Shown in pieces: positions 62,801 through 64,000 of a stretch of DNA of 64,000 nucleotides. The position numbers were made by a program, and so were the translations under genes. Every line of letters starts with the position of its first letter. Position 1 is the first letter of the stretch. The notes below the pieces were generated by a model. The model was not told the DNA's origin. It saw only the letters and a program-made list of their open reading frames with translations, and searched no databases. Origin of the DNA: Malacoraja senta (Eukaryota); the NCBI GenBank assembly GCA_038087875.1, contig CM075992.1:11844001-11908000 (forward strand), in the 5' to 3' direction.

Positions 62801-64000
62801 GTTCCATCCTTGGCCCCATTCTCTTCTCCCTGTATATGCTCCCCTTAGGCCAAGTCATTGAAAGGCACGGCATTTCCTTCCATTGCTACGCAGACGATAC
62901 ACAACTCTATCTCCCCCTGAAGCCCAAAAACCAATCAAATCTGTTTAGCCTTACCCACTGCCTCGAGGATATAAAGTGTTGGATGGCCCAGAACTTCCTC
63001 CAACTAAACGAGAGTAAGTCTGAGGTCATCCTTCTCGGCCCCTCGGACTCAATCAAAATGATAGCAGGCAGCCTTGGAAGCCTTACCCCACTACTCAAAC
63101 CTCACGTCAAAAACCTTGGCGTGATATTTGACTCAGCACTGAAATTTGACAAACAAGTCAATGCCGTGGTAAAAGCTAGCTTCTTTCAGCTTCGGACGAT
63201 AGCTAAAATAAATCAATTCCTCCAGTTTGATGACCTCGAAAAGATCATCCACACATTCATCTCCTCCCGCCTAGATTACTGCAACTCCCTTTACACTGCC
63301 ATCAGCCAATCTTCCCTGCCCCGCCTGCAACTGGTCCAAAATGCCACAGCGAGACTCCTGACGGGCACCCGAAAAAGGGACCACATCACCCCGATCCTGG
63401 CCTCTCTCCACTGGCTCCCTGTGCGGTTCCGTATAAACTTCAAGATCCTCCTCCATGTCGACAAAGCCCTCAATGGGCTTGCCCCTACCTACATAAAAAG
63501 TCTTCTCACCCACCACTCCACCTCCAGGCCCCTCAGATCGGCCGACTTAGGGTTGCTGAATATCCCACGGTCTAGGCATTAGGTCAGGGGCGACCGCGCC
63601 TTTGCGGTTGCAGCCCCTAGACTGTGGAACAGCATCCCCTTTCCCATCAGAACTGCCCCCTCCATCGACTCTTTTAAGTCAAGACTAAAGACTTATCTAT
63701 ACTCCCAAGCCTTTCCTGACGTCCTCTGAGTGAGGGCTACATGTATATATGTATGTAGTTTGTTTTGTTTGTGCTATTCTTATAACAAATGTAAAGCACT
63801 TTGGCCAACGAGAGTTGTTTTTTAAATGTGCTATATAAATAAATGTGACTTGACTTGATATGAGCAAAGAGGTCCTTCTGCAGTTGTATAGGGCCCTAGT
63901 GAGACCACACCTGGAGTATTGTGTACAATTTTGGTCCCCTAATTTGAGGAAGGACATTCTTGCTATTGAGGGAGTGCAGCGTAGGTTTACAAGGTTAATT
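59880..64000 (+). mobile_element. 5'-truncated CR1-type LINE interrupted by L2, running off the window
   Basis: EN/RT fragments at 59880-61823. Resumes at ~63858 (GAGCAAAGAGGTCC). Confidence 0.9.
61824..63857 (+). mobile_element. 5'-truncated L2-clade LINE
   Basis: Open RT ORF 62098-63582 ([55 protein letters not shown]), ending in a (TGACT)n tail. Confidence 0.9.

Overview
This is repeat-saturated vertebrate DNA, most likely from a cartilaginous fish (skate/ray-like repeat families; inference). Most of the window is nested transposons: six large plus-strand CR1-type LINEs with an SGNH-esterase ORF1, five L1 copies (one full-length with TSD), two DIRS tyrosine-recombinase elements, a Gypsy LTR element with a tRNA-Ser PBS, a Tx1-clade LINE, an L2, Penelope-like hairpins, a 1-kb TIR element and a 40-bp minisatellite. 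A minus-strand host gene lies between them, seen as three near-identical 153-bp phase-1 calcium-binding EGF exons (ADGRE/CD97/EMR-like) on locally duplicated units, plus one broken EGF exon. Two observations stand out. (1) The Tx1 element starts with two tandem U1 snRNA-derived heads; the inner one retains stem-loop I with compensatory changes. (2) The duplicated EGF exons differ almost only by amino-acid-changing substitutions clustered between Cys1 and Cys2, and the duplication junctions coincide with CR1 LINEs.
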